NCBI GenBank assembly: GCA_024233875.1
Contig: JACKPB010000009.1
Span: forward strand, 85,191 to 149,190
Length of the DNA: 64,000 nt
From: Leptospiraceae bacterium
Lineage (GTDB): Bacteria; Spirochaetota; Leptospiria; Leptospirales; Leptospiraceae
Direction: 5' to 3'
The translations under genes were made by a program, and so were the position numbers. Positions within the stretch are counted from its first letter, which is position 1. Each line of letters starts with the position of its first letter. Positions 18,691-29,251 of this stretch are shown here, one piece after another. The notes below the pieces were generated by a model. The model saw only the letters and a program-made list of their open reading frames with translations, ran no database searches and was not told the origin of the DNA.

Positions 18691-19870
18691 ATAGATTGGG
18701 ATTCTCAAGAATCATTGCGATTCCCTGACCACCGCCGATACAGAGTGAAGCCACGCCGTATTTGACATTTCTTCTCCTCATTTCGTATGCCAGAGTCAGA
18801 GTCACTCTAGCCCCACTTGCTCCGAGAGGATGACCGATAGCGATTGCACCACCGTTTACATTTGTAATTTCAGGATTTAAACCCAATTCTTTCTGAACTG
18901 CCAGATATTGAGCAGCAAAAGCTTCATTGATTTCAAACAATCCAATGTCTTTCAAATCCAAACCCGCGGCTTTCAATGCTCTGGGAATAGCGAGTGCAGG
19001 ACCGATACCCATCTTAGCAGGATCACAACCACTGTGTCCGTAGGACTTGATGATTGCTAGGGGTTTTTTCCCATTTGCTTTTGCATATCCTTCCGATGCT
19101 ACGATCAAAGAACAGGCTCCATCATTGATTCCGGAAGCATTTCCAGCTGTAACAGATCCATCTTTTTTAAAAGCAGGTTTCAGTGTACCAATCTTTGCTC
19201 CGGCTGATTTGCCTTTAATGAATTCATCTTTTTCAAAAACAATTGGATTCTTTCCGGGAAGAGTCACTGCCAGAATCTCTTCTTTCAGGGTTCCATTTTC
19301 AGTTGCTGCTTCTGCTCTGGTCTGTGATGTAATCGCCCAAGCATCCTGCTCTTCTCTAGAAATCTTGTATTGATCTGCTAAATTTTCTGCTGTCATTCCC
19401 ATTGGAAGTTCAACATAGATGTCCGTAAGTCCCTGATTCAAACTGTCTTCGAATTCTGTAGTCCCATATCGAACTCCCCATCGCGCATTTCTCACAACGT
19501 AAGGAGATTGACTCATAGATTCGACCCCACCGGCGAGAACCAAATCTCCTTCACCCAGATAGATCTTTTTTGCCGCCAAAACTAGGGATTCCATTCCGGA
19601 ACCGCAAAGACGATTGACAGTCAAAGCCGGAGAAGTTACCGGTAGACCTGCTTTCAAACCAATATGTCTTGCCAGATAGATGGCATTTTTTTCTGAAGGT
19701 ACTACATTTCCATAGATAGATTCTGAAATATCATCTGCTTTTACTCCGGCTCTTTGGATAGCCTCTTTGGCAGTTTGCACTGCTAAATCAGTGGCACCGA
19801 TATCCTTGAGAGAACCACCAAAATTGCCAAAAGCTGTTCTCACTCCATCTAAAATTACTGCTTTTTCCAT
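18689..19870 (-). CDS. Acetyl-CoA C-acetyltransferase (thiolase II)
   Basis: N-terminal ...[14 protein letters not shown], active-site [10 protein letters not shown] and C-terminal CIGGGQG thiolase signatures. Confidence 0.9.
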   Translation of the reverse strand: MEKAVILDGVRTAFGNFGGSLKDIGATDLAVQTAKEAIQRAGVKADDISESIYGNVVPSEKNAIYLARHIGLKAGLPVTSPALTVNRLCGSGMESLVLAAKKIYLGEGDLVLAGGVESMSQSPYVVRNARWGVRYGTTEFEDSLNQGLTDIYVELPMGMTAENLADQYKISREEQDAWAITSQTRAEAATENGTLKEEILAVTLPGKNPIVFEKDEFIKGKSAGAKIGTLKPAFKKDGSVTAGNASGINDGACSLIVASEGYAKANGKKPLAIIKSYGHSGCDPAKMGIGPALAIPRALKAAGLDLKDIGLFEINEAFAAQYLAVQKELGLNPEITNVNGGAIAIGHPLGASGARVTLTLAYEMRRRNVKYGVASLCIGGGQGIAMILENPNL

Positions 19871-20098
19871 TGATTACTCCTTCCCTTCACGCATTCGGTA
19901 AATAGTTTTTTAAAAAAACTCCGAATATGCTTCATTAGAACTTTATTATGGTACTCAAAAAAGAATCACTCATCTAATTTTATTTATTCATTAGTTCTTT
20001 GAGGTCTATACTTCTTGAGTATCTAATGCCATTCGCTGAAATCAAAGTCTGTTTGTCAAGGTTTGAAACTTTAATGTGAATCTATTTTCCTGTGAGAA

Positions 20099-20668
20099 TT
20101 ATTTCTGAAGTTGAATGTCTAAAACAATATCCCAGGTATCGTATCCTCCTGCTTCGGGAATATAAAGACGAATGGGCTTGTACTTCACAGAAATCTTTTT
20201 GTTTTTGTATTTCTCCGGTTGACTTTCAAATTCTTCAAATTGAATGCCATCACTGGCTCTTAAGAAGACAAAGGATGTAGGTCCAGAATCCGTCTCTAAA
20301 TTCAGATGAAAGTAATCACCCTGTTCGACACCGGTAAATCTTCCTACAACAGTTTTTTCTTTGTCATTCGGTAATACAAGATCAAGATAAGATCCGGAAA
20401 CCCATCCTTTTATCTTCCTGTATTTGACCTGATACCAGACCTCATTCATCTCAGCGACTTTTACATTCAAAACCGGTACGATTTTTTTGAAGGGAATCTT
20501 TCCTATACGCTTTCCGTTAGTTCCGGGTTCTTCTCTTACGATCAATCCTGATTTTGCATTCACACGACCTTTTTCTCCGGCTAAGATACCCAAGCTAAAA
20601 AACAGGAAAAGAATAGGGATGAAATATCTCATTTTGTTTTGTCCTTGTTTGATTTGATTTTTTTTCAA
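20099..20668 (-). CDS. Secreted SH3b-domain protein
   Basis: Signal peptide. GRVNAKSGLIVREEPGTNGKRIGKIPF...VWYQVKYRKIKGWVSGSYL resembles a bacterial SH3 domain. Confidence 0.55.
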   Translation of the reverse strand: MKKNQIKQGQNKMRYFIPILFLFFSLGILAGEKGRVNAKSGLIVREEPGTNGKRIGKIPFKKIVPVLNVKVAEMNEVWYQVKYRKIKGWVSGSYLDLVLPNDKEKTVVGRFTGVEQGDYFHLNLETDSGPTSFVFLRASDGIQFEEFESQPEKYKNKKISVKYKPIRLYIPEAGGYDTWDIVLDIQLQK

Positions 20669-20714
20669 AAGAAATTTAGCTTCTTTTGGATAGTGGATTC
20701 TTTAAATACTAATC

Positions 20715-22928
20715 TTAGACTATATTTTTATTGAGGTTTTCCCTAATAAATTCTTCAGCCTGGGAAGCAGTCAAGGGTCTACTGAAATAATATCCCTGTC
20801 CAAAATGACAATCCAATTCTATCAACTTGTCTTTTTGTTCTTTAGTTTCTACTCCCTCTGCTACTACATCCATACCTAAACTCTTGGCCATAGTGATGAT
20901 AGTTTTTATGATTTCCCTACCACCATTTTCCATTCGATTTACAAAGGATTGGTCAATTTTGATTGTATCAAAAGGAAATTGGTGAAGATAACTCAAAGAT
21001 GAATAACCGGTACCGAAATCATCCATTGAAAGTTTGATACCAATATTTTTTAATTCTAAAAACATTTTTCTGGCAATCTGAGTTTCTTCTACAATTGCAC
21101 TTTCGGTCAACTCAAGCTTAAGTAAGCTCGGTTTCAGATTATTTTTTTGCAAATGTCCTATGATTAGTCTGGGTAGGAGATTTTCCCTCAATTGTCTACC
21201 GGAGAGATTTACACTTATTTGAGTATTGATGTCTCCAAATTTCTTTTTCCATTCAACCAATTGATTGCAGGCTGTCTTAATTATCCAATATCCAAGAGGT
21301 ATGATATCACCGGATTCTTCTGCTTTTGAAATGAATTGTATGGGTGACACTAAGCCTCTTTTGGGATGCTGCCATCTGATTAGGGCTTCAAATCCCTCTA
21401 ATTTTCTTGTTTGAAAATTTATTATTGGTTGGTAGACAAGAAAAAATTCATTTGATATAGTATGATCCAGGTCTATAATATTCCGTACCGATTTCCTCAA
21501 TTCTGTTTGAAGATCTAAATTATCCAGAATTTGTTCTCTCATTTTGAAATCGTAGTACTCTATTCTTGCTTTCCCTAATTCTTTAGCGCGGTACATAACT
21601 AAATCCGCATCACGAATCATATCTTCAGCATTTTCGTATTCATCAAAATAGTGAGCAATTCCAATACTGACTGTGATAAAGATTTCATGTCCCTCAACAT
21701 GAAATGGAATTTTCATAGACCCGGAAATCTTCTCAGCTATAGCAGAGACCTCATCCTGATTAGTATAATCGACAAGTATTGTAAATTCATCCCCTCCCAA
21801 GCGAACCAAGAGAGAACCACTGCCTTCAAGAATACTTTTGATTCGGAGAGATACTTCAATTAAAATTTTATTTCCCAAACCATGTCCGAGGCTATCATTC
21901 ACAATCTTAAAATTATCTATATCAAACAATAGGACAGAAAACCGTTTATTGGATTTTTCTATGATCTTATTGTTTATGCTTTCGATCAATAACAAACGAT
22001 TTCCCAAACCTGTGAGTTCATCATGATAGGCATTGTATCTCAAAAGTTTTTCTATGATTTCTCTTTCTTCAATTTCTACTCTAAGTTTCCTATTTATATT
22101 TTGTAATTCTAATGTTCTATCTGTAACCCTCCTTTCCAGTTCCAAATTTAGCTCTTCAAGCCTCTCTTCTATCTTACTTCTCTTTTGGATTTCATCAAAG
22201 ACCTGATTGTACATAATACGAAATGTATCAATAACCTCTCTCAATTCATTAGTTTGATTGTATTTTGTAGAAACAAATTCCATGGTATCTTTCTTATCTT
22301 TCTTAATGAGAGAATTTCCGGCTCGATTCAAATCTTTGCGAAGTTCTAAAACGGGTAGGATTAGAATATTGTTCAGGATAATCAAAGTCCCTAGAGCTAC
22401 AAAAATTGAAATGATTGCAACCAGTTCGAGAATCCTAACTATAAAATCTCTGATTTCGTTTTGGGAATTCTTCAAATCGTGAGAAATGAATAGAATTACT
22501 TTCTCATTATGAAAGGTTAATTCAATTTTGTGCAGGAAAAACTCAGTTTGAAAAAATGTAAAAATTCCTTCAGTCATAGTAGAATTAAAAGGAATTATTT
22601 TTTCCGTTGAACTCAGTAAAACTCCATTGGAATCATAGAGACTGATGGCATCGATATCGGTTTTGGGTATATTAACTATTTTTGATAGTAAATCATTAGG
22701 AGAGAATCTAGGGTTTTCAAAATCAATATTCTGAAGAGTTAAATCAATCTTCTCCCTCATATGATTTTTCATTTCATTTTCTCGATTTTGAATCGAAGGG
22801 ATTAAGAGAATTAGTTCAATAACCAGGATGTTTAAGAAGATATAAAATACAATCTGCCGTGCTAAGCCGGAATGAGAAATAATTTTAAAATTTTTCAGAA
22901 ATGATTGAATCTTTTTGAATGCATTCAT
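20715..22928 (-). CDS. Membrane sensor diguanylate cyclase/phosphodiesterase (GGDEF + EAL)
   Basis: N-terminal transmembrane and periplasmic region, coiled-coil, RLGGDEF GGDEF motif, and an EAL domain with ELTES and DDFGTGYSS. Confidence 0.9.
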   Translation of the reverse strand: MNAFKKIQSFLKNFKIISHSGLARQIVFYIFLNILVIELILLIPSIQNRENEMKNHMREKIDLTLQNIDFENPRFSPNDLLSKIVNIPKTDIDAISLYDSNGVLLSSTEKIIPFNSTMTEGIFTFFQTEFFLHKIELTFHNEKVILFISHDLKNSQNEIRDFIVRILELVAIISIFVALGTLIILNNILILPVLELRKDLNRAGNSLIKKDKKDTMEFVSTKYNQTNELREVIDTFRIMYNQVFDEIQKRSKIEERLEELNLELERRVTDRTLELQNINRKLRVEIEEREIIEKLLRYNAYHDELTGLGNRLLLIESINNKIIEKSNKRFSVLLFDIDNFKIVNDSLGHGLGNKILIEVSLRIKSILEGSGSLLVRLGGDEFTILVDYTNQDEVSAIAEKISGSMKIPFHVEGHEIFITVSIGIAHYFDEYENAEDMIRDADLVMYRAKELGKARIEYYDFKMREQILDNLDLQTELRKSVRNIIDLDHTISNEFFLVYQPIINFQTRKLEGFEALIRWQHPKRGLVSPIQFISKAEESGDIIPLGYWIIKTACNQLVEWKKKFGDINTQISVNLSGRQLRENLLPRLIIGHLQKNNLKPSLLKLELTESAIVEETQIARKMFLELKNIGIKLSMDDFGTGYSSLSYLHQFPFDTIKIDQSFVNRMENGGREIIKTIITMAKSLGMDVVAEGVETKEQKDKLIELDCHFGQGYYFSRPLTASQAEEFIRENLNKNIV

Positions 22929-23180
22929 ATTTCTATAGTCTTCTTATGAATAGTAAATTTTAATATTACCCTGTATGCATTTCATGGTTCTGAACCTGCT
23001 AGTATTTACTAGGATAAAATTTAAATGTCTTATTGATAATAAATTTCTTCCGAAAATCAAGAATTTATCATGACAAAATAAATACGAAAAAGAAATTTTT
23101 TTCCTTCGACTTTTTGTTTTTTAAAAAAAAATCCGATAGTTGATTCAATATGAATTATGTCGCTACAATACTTACGGACT

Positions 23181-24023
23181 TCAATTGAGATTCAATTCAT
23201 TTCTGGTTTTCTTCAGGACTTCAATGATTTGAGGTTGAATGTATCCGTTAGATGCAATGATCCCGGTAGGGAAATTAATTATTTCCTGACCCAATAGGTT
23301 TGTTATATTCCCACCCGCTTCTTCCAAAATTAGAGATGTAGCTGAAATATCAAACTTTTTGACGTCTTTCTCCCATAACCCATCCACTCTACCTTCTGCC
23401 AACCAGCAGAGATCTACCACCAGAGAACCGGTTCTCCTCATACTTCTACCGGTACTCACAAATGCGGAGACCTCGGATATCGTTTCTCTCATGTTAGATT
23501 TTCTACTATAAGGGAAGGAGGAAATGAGAAGAGATCGGTCTAAATTTTGAATCTCCGAACATTCAATGGAAACACCATTTCGAAATGCGCCTTCACCTCG
23601 AATGCTGAGATAGACATCATTGAAATCCGGTAGGATGACATAAGCTCCTACAGTTGAACCTCTGTATTCTAAACCCATAGAGATCGCATAGAGTGGAATT
23701 TTTCTTAGGAAATTCATTGTTCCATCTATGGAGTCAACTATCCACTTAAAATCGGATTTTCCTGTTTCTTCCCCTGTAGATTCAAAATGAAAGCTATCAT
23801 GGGGAAATTTTTCTTTTAAGATCTTGGAAATCTCAGAATCAAAAATTGTATCTACTTTATCAATTAAAGATTTTTCTTCTTCATCGGATAAACTATTTCT
23901 ATAAGAGAGTTTGGATTGATTTTCCCTAGCTAGGTTGATTAGATGAATCGTCTTTTCACGAAGATAGTTAATTCGTAAATTTACTTCATCGATGGGAAAA
24001 TTTATAGAAGGTGCGGACAACAT
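23181..24023 (-). CDS. Inositol monophosphatase family protein (SuhB/IMPase-like)
   Basis: Motifs WIVDSIDGTMNFL and GLEYRG. Confidence 0.8.
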   Translation of the reverse strand: MLSAPSINFPIDEVNLRINYLREKTIHLINLARENQSKLSYRNSLSDEEEKSLIDKVDTIFDSEISKILKEKFPHDSFHFESTGEETGKSDFKWIVDSIDGTMNFLRKIPLYAISMGLEYRGSTVGAYVILPDFNDVYLSIRGEGAFRNGVSIECSEIQNLDRSLLISSFPYSRKSNMRETISEVSAFVSTGRSMRRTGSLVVDLCWLAEGRVDGLWEKDVKKFDISATSLILEEAGGNITNLLGQEIINFPTGIIASNGYIQPQIIEVLKKTRNELNLN

Positions 24024-24025
24024 TC

Positions 24026-25039
24026 CTAGACAACCAGCTCGTCTTCCCCGGATCTTGCGACCACAATCTCGCCCTGTTCTTCTAATTTTCTAATAATATT
24101 AACAATTTTTTGCTGGGCATCTTCCACATCTTTCAATCGAACAGGTCCCATAAAATCCATATCTTCCCTCAACAAGCTAGCTGCCCGTTTCGACATGTTT
24201 TTGAAAATTTTATCCTGAACTTCAGCATCCACTGATTTGAGAGCTTTTGCGAGATCTGTATTGTCCACCTCACGCATAACTTTCTGAATAGCTCTATCAT
24301 CCAAAAGAACAATATCCTCAAAGACAAACATCCGCTTTTTGATTTCTTCTGCAAGCTCCGGATCTTCTTCTTCAAGGGCTTCAATAATCGTCTTCTCTGT
24401 TCCCCGGTCAACGTTGTTTAGAATCTCTACAACTGCGTCAATACCCCCAGCAGAAGTATAGTCTTCTGAAGCAAGAGTAGAGAGCTTTCGTTCGAGAACC
24501 CGTTCCACCTCACGCAAAACATCAGGACTTACCCTGTCCATTGTTGCAATACGCTTGGCTACATCAGCCTGAATGGTATGCGGCAGAGCAGAAAGAATCG
24601 TAGCCGCTTTGTTTGGATCCAAATAAGATAAAATAAGAGCTATCGTCTGAGGGTGCTCACCCTGGATAAAGTTTAATAACTGTGCGGGATCTGTTCTTCT
24701 TACAAAGTCAAAAGGTCTTACCTGCAGGGAAGATGTAAGACGGTTGATGATATCAATTGCTTTCTGGTTACCTAGAGCTTTTTCCAGGAGACCCCTAGCG
24801 AAATCGATACCCCCATTTGTGATGAATCCCTGAGCCATCATAAGCTCATTGAACTCAATCAGGACTTTTTCTTTATCCTCAGGAGTGATCTTATCAATCC
24901 TGGCGATTTCAAAGGTTATTTGTTCAATTTCATCTTCTCGGAGATGCTTAAATATCTCTGTGGATACTTCATTCCCCACCGCTATTAAAAAAACGGCGGC
25001 TTTCTGTCTTCCGGTTAAATTTGTCTTTTTTGAAAGCAT
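24026..25039 (-). CDS. fliG: Flagellar motor switch protein FliG
   Basis: N-terminus LTGRQKAAVFLIAVGNEVSTEIFKHLREDEIEQITFEIARI, ~337 aa, and the C-terminal torque helix region. Confidence 0.9.
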   Translation of the reverse strand: MLSKKTNLTGRQKAAVFLIAVGNEVSTEIFKHLREDEIEQITFEIARIDKITPEDKEKVLIEFNELMMAQGFITNGGIDFARGLLEKALGNQKAIDIINRLTSSLQVRPFDFVRRTDPAQLLNFIQGEHPQTIALILSYLDPNKAATILSALPHTIQADVAKRIATMDRVSPDVLREVERVLERKLSTLASEDYTSAGGIDAVVEILNNVDRGTEKTIIEALEEEDPELAEEIKKRMFVFEDIVLLDDRAIQKVMREVDNTDLAKALKSVDAEVQDKIFKNMSKRAASLLREDMDFMGPVRLKDVEDAQQKIVNIIRKLEEQGEIVVARSGEDELVV

Positions 25040-25143
25040 GAATAGTCCCTGCTATTCTTTATATCGGTTGAAAACTGTGGAATTTAGAGAAATAAATGAC
25101 AGGAAGCCCCGGAATGAAGTTCCGGAGCTCTAAAATTGTAAAA

Positions 25144-25836
25144 TTATTTTGTATCGTCTGTATCAATTGGGTCATCAATTTCTGTTCCTGAATTTACAAG
25201 TTTGAAAGTAACCCTTCTATTTTTGGGTGACTCTGCCTCTACATCAGGTATAGGCATTGAAGAACCAGCACCTTTTGTTAGCATTCTATCTTCCGGAAAC
25301 CCAAGTTTCACGAGAGAATTTTTTACAGATTCTGCTCTCTTTTGTGAATAGAAGATATTTCCTAACTTAGATCCCTCTTTTTCTTCAGGTCCGGTAGCAT
25401 CAGCATGTCCTGTGATCTCTAGATTGATGTTCTCAGGAAGTTTAGAAAGCGCGTCTTTTATCAATGAACCGGAGACTTTTACCCATTTTTCAAAATCTTT
25501 TCTATTTGGAATTTCCCATTTTTTGTATTCAAAGCCTTCAATGGTATTTCCGTCAGGGTATCGAACGTCACGCAGTTTTTCGTTTAATTCCTGAATCATG
25601 GCATCATTTGCAAATTTTAATTTATCGATAGTTCCAACCGGTTCCGGATCCTGTCCTTCGGTTGTTCCTTCATCGCCGATCTCCCGGGTCTTTGCCTGAT
25701 CTTTTTTATCGTCTGTTTTTTCAGCAGGTTTATCTTCCGGTTTGGGAGTATCCTGCTTGTTTCGTGAGGAACAATCTACAAAAAACAATAGAAGTGCACT
25801 CAAGAGTACAATTTGGAATTTAGAAATTGAATTCAT
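25144..25836 (-). CDS. OmpA-family lipoprotein (peptidoglycan-binding)
   Basis: Lipobox FFVDC. Low-complexity Lys/Asp linker. C-terminal OmpA_C region ITGHADATGPEE...NRRVTF. Confidence 0.8.
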   Translation of the reverse strand: MNSISKFQIVLLSALLLFFVDCSSRNKQDTPKPEDKPAEKTDDKKDQAKTREIGDEGTTEGQDPEPVGTIDKLKFANDAMIQELNEKLRDVRYPDGNTIEGFEYKKWEIPNRKDFEKWVKVSGSLIKDALSKLPENINLEITGHADATGPEEKEGSKLGNIFYSQKRAESVKNSLVKLGFPEDRMLTKGAGSSMPIPDVEAESPKNRRVTFKLVNSGTEIDDPIDTDDTK

Positions 25837-25935
25837 AAATAATGCTTCCTTTTCTGATTACTATCTTCAATCATACCACTATCAACCATCTATGTAAAAA
25901 ATTAAAGACATTTTTGAAATAGTACAATCGATTTT

Positions 25936-26868
25936 ATGATTTTATCTTTTATAGTAAAACAGGACGAAGAAAGCAAACGACTGGATCAGTTTTTGTACTC
26001 ATCCACCGGTGAAGAAATTTCCAGGACATCAGTACAAAAATGGATCGAGTCAGGACATGTTTTTTGTAAGAATGGTTCAGAAAAAATTAAATCCAATAGA
26101 AAAATAAAACCCGGTGAGATTTATGAAATTCACATTCCTCCCCGACCCAAACTTTCATTAGATCCCATACCAATGGATCTTTCTATTCTCTATGAAGACG
26201 AGGATATGGTCATCATCGACAAACCTCAGGGTCTGGCTTCTCATGGAGGACCGGAAGATGCCCGCCCCAGTCTGGTGAACGGGCTTTTGTATCACTTTAA
26301 AAACCTTTCCGGTGTTGGCGGAGAAATTCGTCCCGGTATAGTACATCGCCTGGACAAACCCACATCGGGAGTGATGGTAATTGCGAAAAACGATAAAACC
26401 CACATAGCCTTGTCCAAACAGTTTCAAAATCGCTCAGTAAAGAAAACCTATTTTGCCTGGCTTGTGCAAACTCCCAATCTTCCTACAGGTAGAATTGCTG
26501 AGTCTATTTCCCGTCATCCAACAGAAAGATTGAAGATGCATATAGATCCACGCGGACGCAAAGCCATTACAAACTACAAAGTCGTCAAAACAATTAACTC
26601 TAAAAAAGGTAGAAATTATACTCTTGTAGAAGTAAATATTGAAACCGGTAGAACTCATCAGATAAGAGTACACTTCCAATTCCTAAGATGTCCAATTGTT
26701 GGAGATTTACTGTATTCCAGATCCGCAAAAGAGTTTTCGAAATTTGGTTTATTGCTCTTTTCTCAGAGATTAAGTATCTTTCACCCGGGTACTCACAAAG
26801 AAATTGATATCCAACTTCCCTTCCCGGAGAGATTTCAAAGATTCGAAGAAGAAGCCAAGTTCTACTGA
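25936..26868 (+). CDS. rluD: RluA-family 23S rRNA pseudouridine synthase (RluD-like, with N-terminal S4 domain)
   Basis: HRLDKPTSGVMVIAKN catalytic Asp motif. S4-like N-terminus (RLDQFLYS...). Confidence 0.8.
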   Translation: MILSFIVKQDEESKRLDQFLYSSTGEEISRTSVQKWIESGHVFCKNGSEKIKSNRKIKPGEIYEIHIPPRPKLSLDPIPMDLSILYEDEDMVIIDKPQGLASHGGPEDARPSLVNGLLYHFKNLSGVGGEIRPGIVHRLDKPTSGVMVIAKNDKTHIALSKQFQNRSVKKTYFAWLVQTPNLPTGRIAESISRHPTERLKMHIDPRGRKAITNYKVVKTINSKKGRNYTLVEVNIETGRTHQIRVHFQFLRCPIVGDLLYSRSAKEFSKFGLLLFSQRLSIFHPGTHKEIDIQLPFPERFQRFEEEAKFY

Positions 26869-27107
26869 GTATAGTCTTATCTGATGGATGGGTTGAAATC
26901 TCCAAACTTTGAAAAATAACAGAACAGTTTCGATTCAAAAGTTCAAAAAAATGGACATATTTTTCCCTGGCAGTGGTTCAACCGGGCACACAAACCAGGG
27001 ACTCATCGTCTCCAAACACTTATTTTTCTTGATCTCTAAGTAAAATATGATTTTCCATAAAAAAATTAAATGTTCAGAAAATTAAAAAAATTGCGTAAAG
27101 TGATTTA

Positions 27108-27292
27108 ATAACTCACCTTACGCACGCACTTCACTTGTGCGAAGGTGAATGACAGGGAAGCCTGTCAGCGACTTGGGGACTTCGTCCCCAAATCCCTTTA
27201 AATATTGAATCATTAGAAAAATCTAATGATTCAATATTTATTTAGTTCCATAGTATCCCTTTAAAAAATTCATGTTGCGTATGGTGAGTTAA
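27108..27292. repeat. Family A MITE-like repeat, copy A3
   Basis: taactcaccttacgcacgcacttcacttgtgcgaaggtgaatgacagggaagcctgtcagcgacttggggacttcgtcccc...tgcgtatggtgagtta is about 90% identical to 2457..2640. An extra partial inverted end, tgcgtaaagtga, abuts the left terminus at 27091. Confidence 0.8.
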
Positions 27293-27326
27293 TAAATTTC
27301 TAAACAAAAGTTTTTAAGTAATTTGG

Positions 27327-28472
27327 TTAATTGTTAAGAATATTCAAATTTTTTAGTTTTGAAATCAGCAAATCCGTAACTTCGCTATAACAGGAACCAT
27401 CCAGATGAAACCCATCTTCAAATTTATTGCAGTGCATTGGAATTTCTAAATAATTTAAGTAATTCATTTTAGTTCTTACCTTTAGAGACCGGAATTTCTT
27501 TTCTATATAAGAATCATCAATTTCTGCTTTAAGCAATTTTTTCTTCAATTGATCGGAAATGGGTAAGGTTATGAATAGGACTCTGTCTGAATTTTCCCCC
27601 GAATAATCTATAAATTTTTTTAGGAATTTGATTTGAGAGTCAGATTCTCTATAGTGTCTACCTATGTACCTCTGAAATTTCAATTCAGCATCGAGACTCA
27701 ATTCTGAATCTGTTTTGGCTTCCTGGCTCAGGTTCACAAGTCCACCACGATTGGTGCGATTGATGTCCATAAGTAAATTTTGATAGTTTTCTCTAAGATA
27801 TTTCTTTTTCTTTTTTTGGACCTCTCCCTTCCAAACTACATCTATGAAGGAATTGTTCTCCGAATATGCTTTTACCGCAAATGGATATCGAAACACATAA
27901 AAATTTCTTCTAAAGAAGTAATTTAAAAATTCTGTTCCGGAAAATCCTTTGCCCTCTGATTTCCAGGGATCGTACTGTCCTTCCCACCAGAGATCTGAAT
28001 GTTTGAAATAAAAGGGAATGTCATAGGAATACATATCAGGATATTGATGACCGGACAGACTCAAAAGAAAGGGATCCACTTCAAGAACTAGAGTAGTGAT
28101 AGGAATGTTCTGATTTTGGAATAAACTCAAAAGATAATAGAAATAGGAAATACCGGGGAAAGGAACACAAAAATTATATACCACAAGTCTATCGTCCAGT
28201 TCTTCGATCTTCCTGTTTTCAATCGAGGCAGCTCTGGAAGATCCGAAGATCACTACCAATTTCTTTTCTCCGGATTTAATTTTGTCGAGATCAGGAGATT
28301 TCAGTAGATCATCCAAAAGACTCAAACGTGATTCATAAACTACAGGTTCAATTCGATTCCAGGAGATAAAATTCTCCTGTATCCATGGAAGAGTGAATAC
28401 TTTATCCAGGAGAAAGCAACTGAGCAGAAGTAATACCGGGAAAAACAGAAATGAGTAGTTCTTTTTAAGCAT
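27327..28472 (-). CDS. DUF1574-like Leptospira-type protein, possibly SGNH-fold
   Basis: N-terminal hydrophobic anchor. About 381 aa. VVIFGSSRAAS and DGFHLDGSC resemble SGNH blocks I and V. Last gene of a minus-strand operon with the three small lipoproteins. Confidence 0.45.
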   Translation of the reverse strand: MLKKNYSFLFFPVLLLLSCFLLDKVFTLPWIQENFISWNRIEPVVYESRLSLLDDLLKSPDLDKIKSGEKKLVVIFGSSRAASIENRKIEELDDRLVVYNFCVPFPGISYFYYLLSLFQNQNIPITTLVLEVDPFLLSLSGHQYPDMYSYDIPFYFKHSDLWWEGQYDPWKSEGKGFSGTEFLNYFFRRNFYVFRYPFAVKAYSENNSFIDVVWKGEVQKKKKKYLRENYQNLLMDINRTNRGGLVNLSQEAKTDSELSLDAELKFQRYIGRHYRESDSQIKFLKKFIDYSGENSDRVLFITLPISDQLKKKLLKAEIDDSYIEKKFRSLKVRTKMNYLNYLEIPMHCNKFEDGFHLDGSCYSEVTDLLISKLKNLNILNN

Positions 28473-28520
28473 GGAGCTTAGGATAGTCAGTAGAAACTGA
28501 CTATCCTTTGAAATGTTTTT

Positions 28521-28871
28521 TCAAAATAGAGGGATGGGCCAGTCTATAAATGTTTCTCGTTTCCTAAGATTGCAGTTGAAGCCTCCAATATCAGCTGTTG
28601 CAAAATTGATGATCATAGCTGAATTGGCACAATTGTCTACATCCTCTTTTTCATAATACGCAGATTCGTCTATATTCGCAAGTGTAGGAGCAAGAATAGC
28701 TGTAATAGAAACGGATCCGCCTCCTGCCGCTCCAATGATTGCAGCTGTTAAGATTTGATCTTTAGCTTCTGTTCCTTTTACAGTACTGGGATACGTGAGA
28801 CCAACCATATTCATTACCTGACAGTTAGAGATCAAAAAGAGAAACATGGAGAGAGTAATAATTTTTTTCAT
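28521..28871 (-). CDS. Small secreted lipoprotein, paralog 1 of a tandem triplet
   Basis: Signal peptide plus lipobox LISNC. Conserved VGLTYPS.V.G.EAKD...ADIGGF.C.L...I.WPIPLF. A Shine-Dalgarno sequence AAGGAA lies upstream. Confidence 0.7.
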   Translation of the reverse strand: MKKIITLSMFLFLISNCQVMNMVGLTYPSTVKGTEAKDQILTAAIIGAAGGGSVSITAILAPTLANIDESAYYEKEDVDNCANSAMIINFATADIGGFNCNLRKRETFIDWPIPLF

Positions 28872-28887
28872 ATTTTTTCCTTATAAA

Positions 28888-29241
28888 TTAAAATAATTGA
28901 ATCGGCCAATTCACAAATTTTTTGTGTTTTGTCAAATGGCACTGAAACCCACCGATATCCGCACTTAAAGAATTAATGAGCATGGCATCCTGAGCACAGG
29001 TTTCTACATCTGATTTATCATAAAACGCATCTTCTTCTATAAATGCCAACCGATCAGCAAAAAAACCTAATAGACCACCACTCGAACATTCCACGCAAGC
29101 AACTGCACCTATAAGTGCCTTAGTGATGATCATATCTTTAGCTTCTTTTCCGCTAACAGATTCGGGGTAAGTCAATCCAACAGAATCAAAGACAACACAA
29201 TGATTGAAAACAAACAATAGGACTAAGATAAATTTTTTCAT
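28888..29241 (-). CDS. Small secreted lipoprotein, paralog 2 of a tandem triplet
   Basis: Signal peptide with Cys (FNHC). Same conserved blocks and Cys pair as paralog 1. Shine-Dalgarno AGGAG is 6 nt upstream. Confidence 0.7.
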   Translation of the reverse strand: MKKFILVLLFVFNHCVVFDSVGLTYPESVSGKEAKDMIITKALIGAVACVECSSGGLLGFFADRLAFIEEDAFYDKSDVETCAQDAMLINSLSADIGGFQCHLTKHKKFVNWPIQLF

Positions 29242-29251
29242 AATATTCTCC

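Noticed and set aside
25040-25143. Hairpin ccggaa-tgaag-ttccgg between the OmpA lipoprotein gene and fliG
   Set aside because: It is a plausible terminator or attenuator for the OmpA gene, but the downstream U-tract on the minus strand is weak. Not confident enough to call a terminator.
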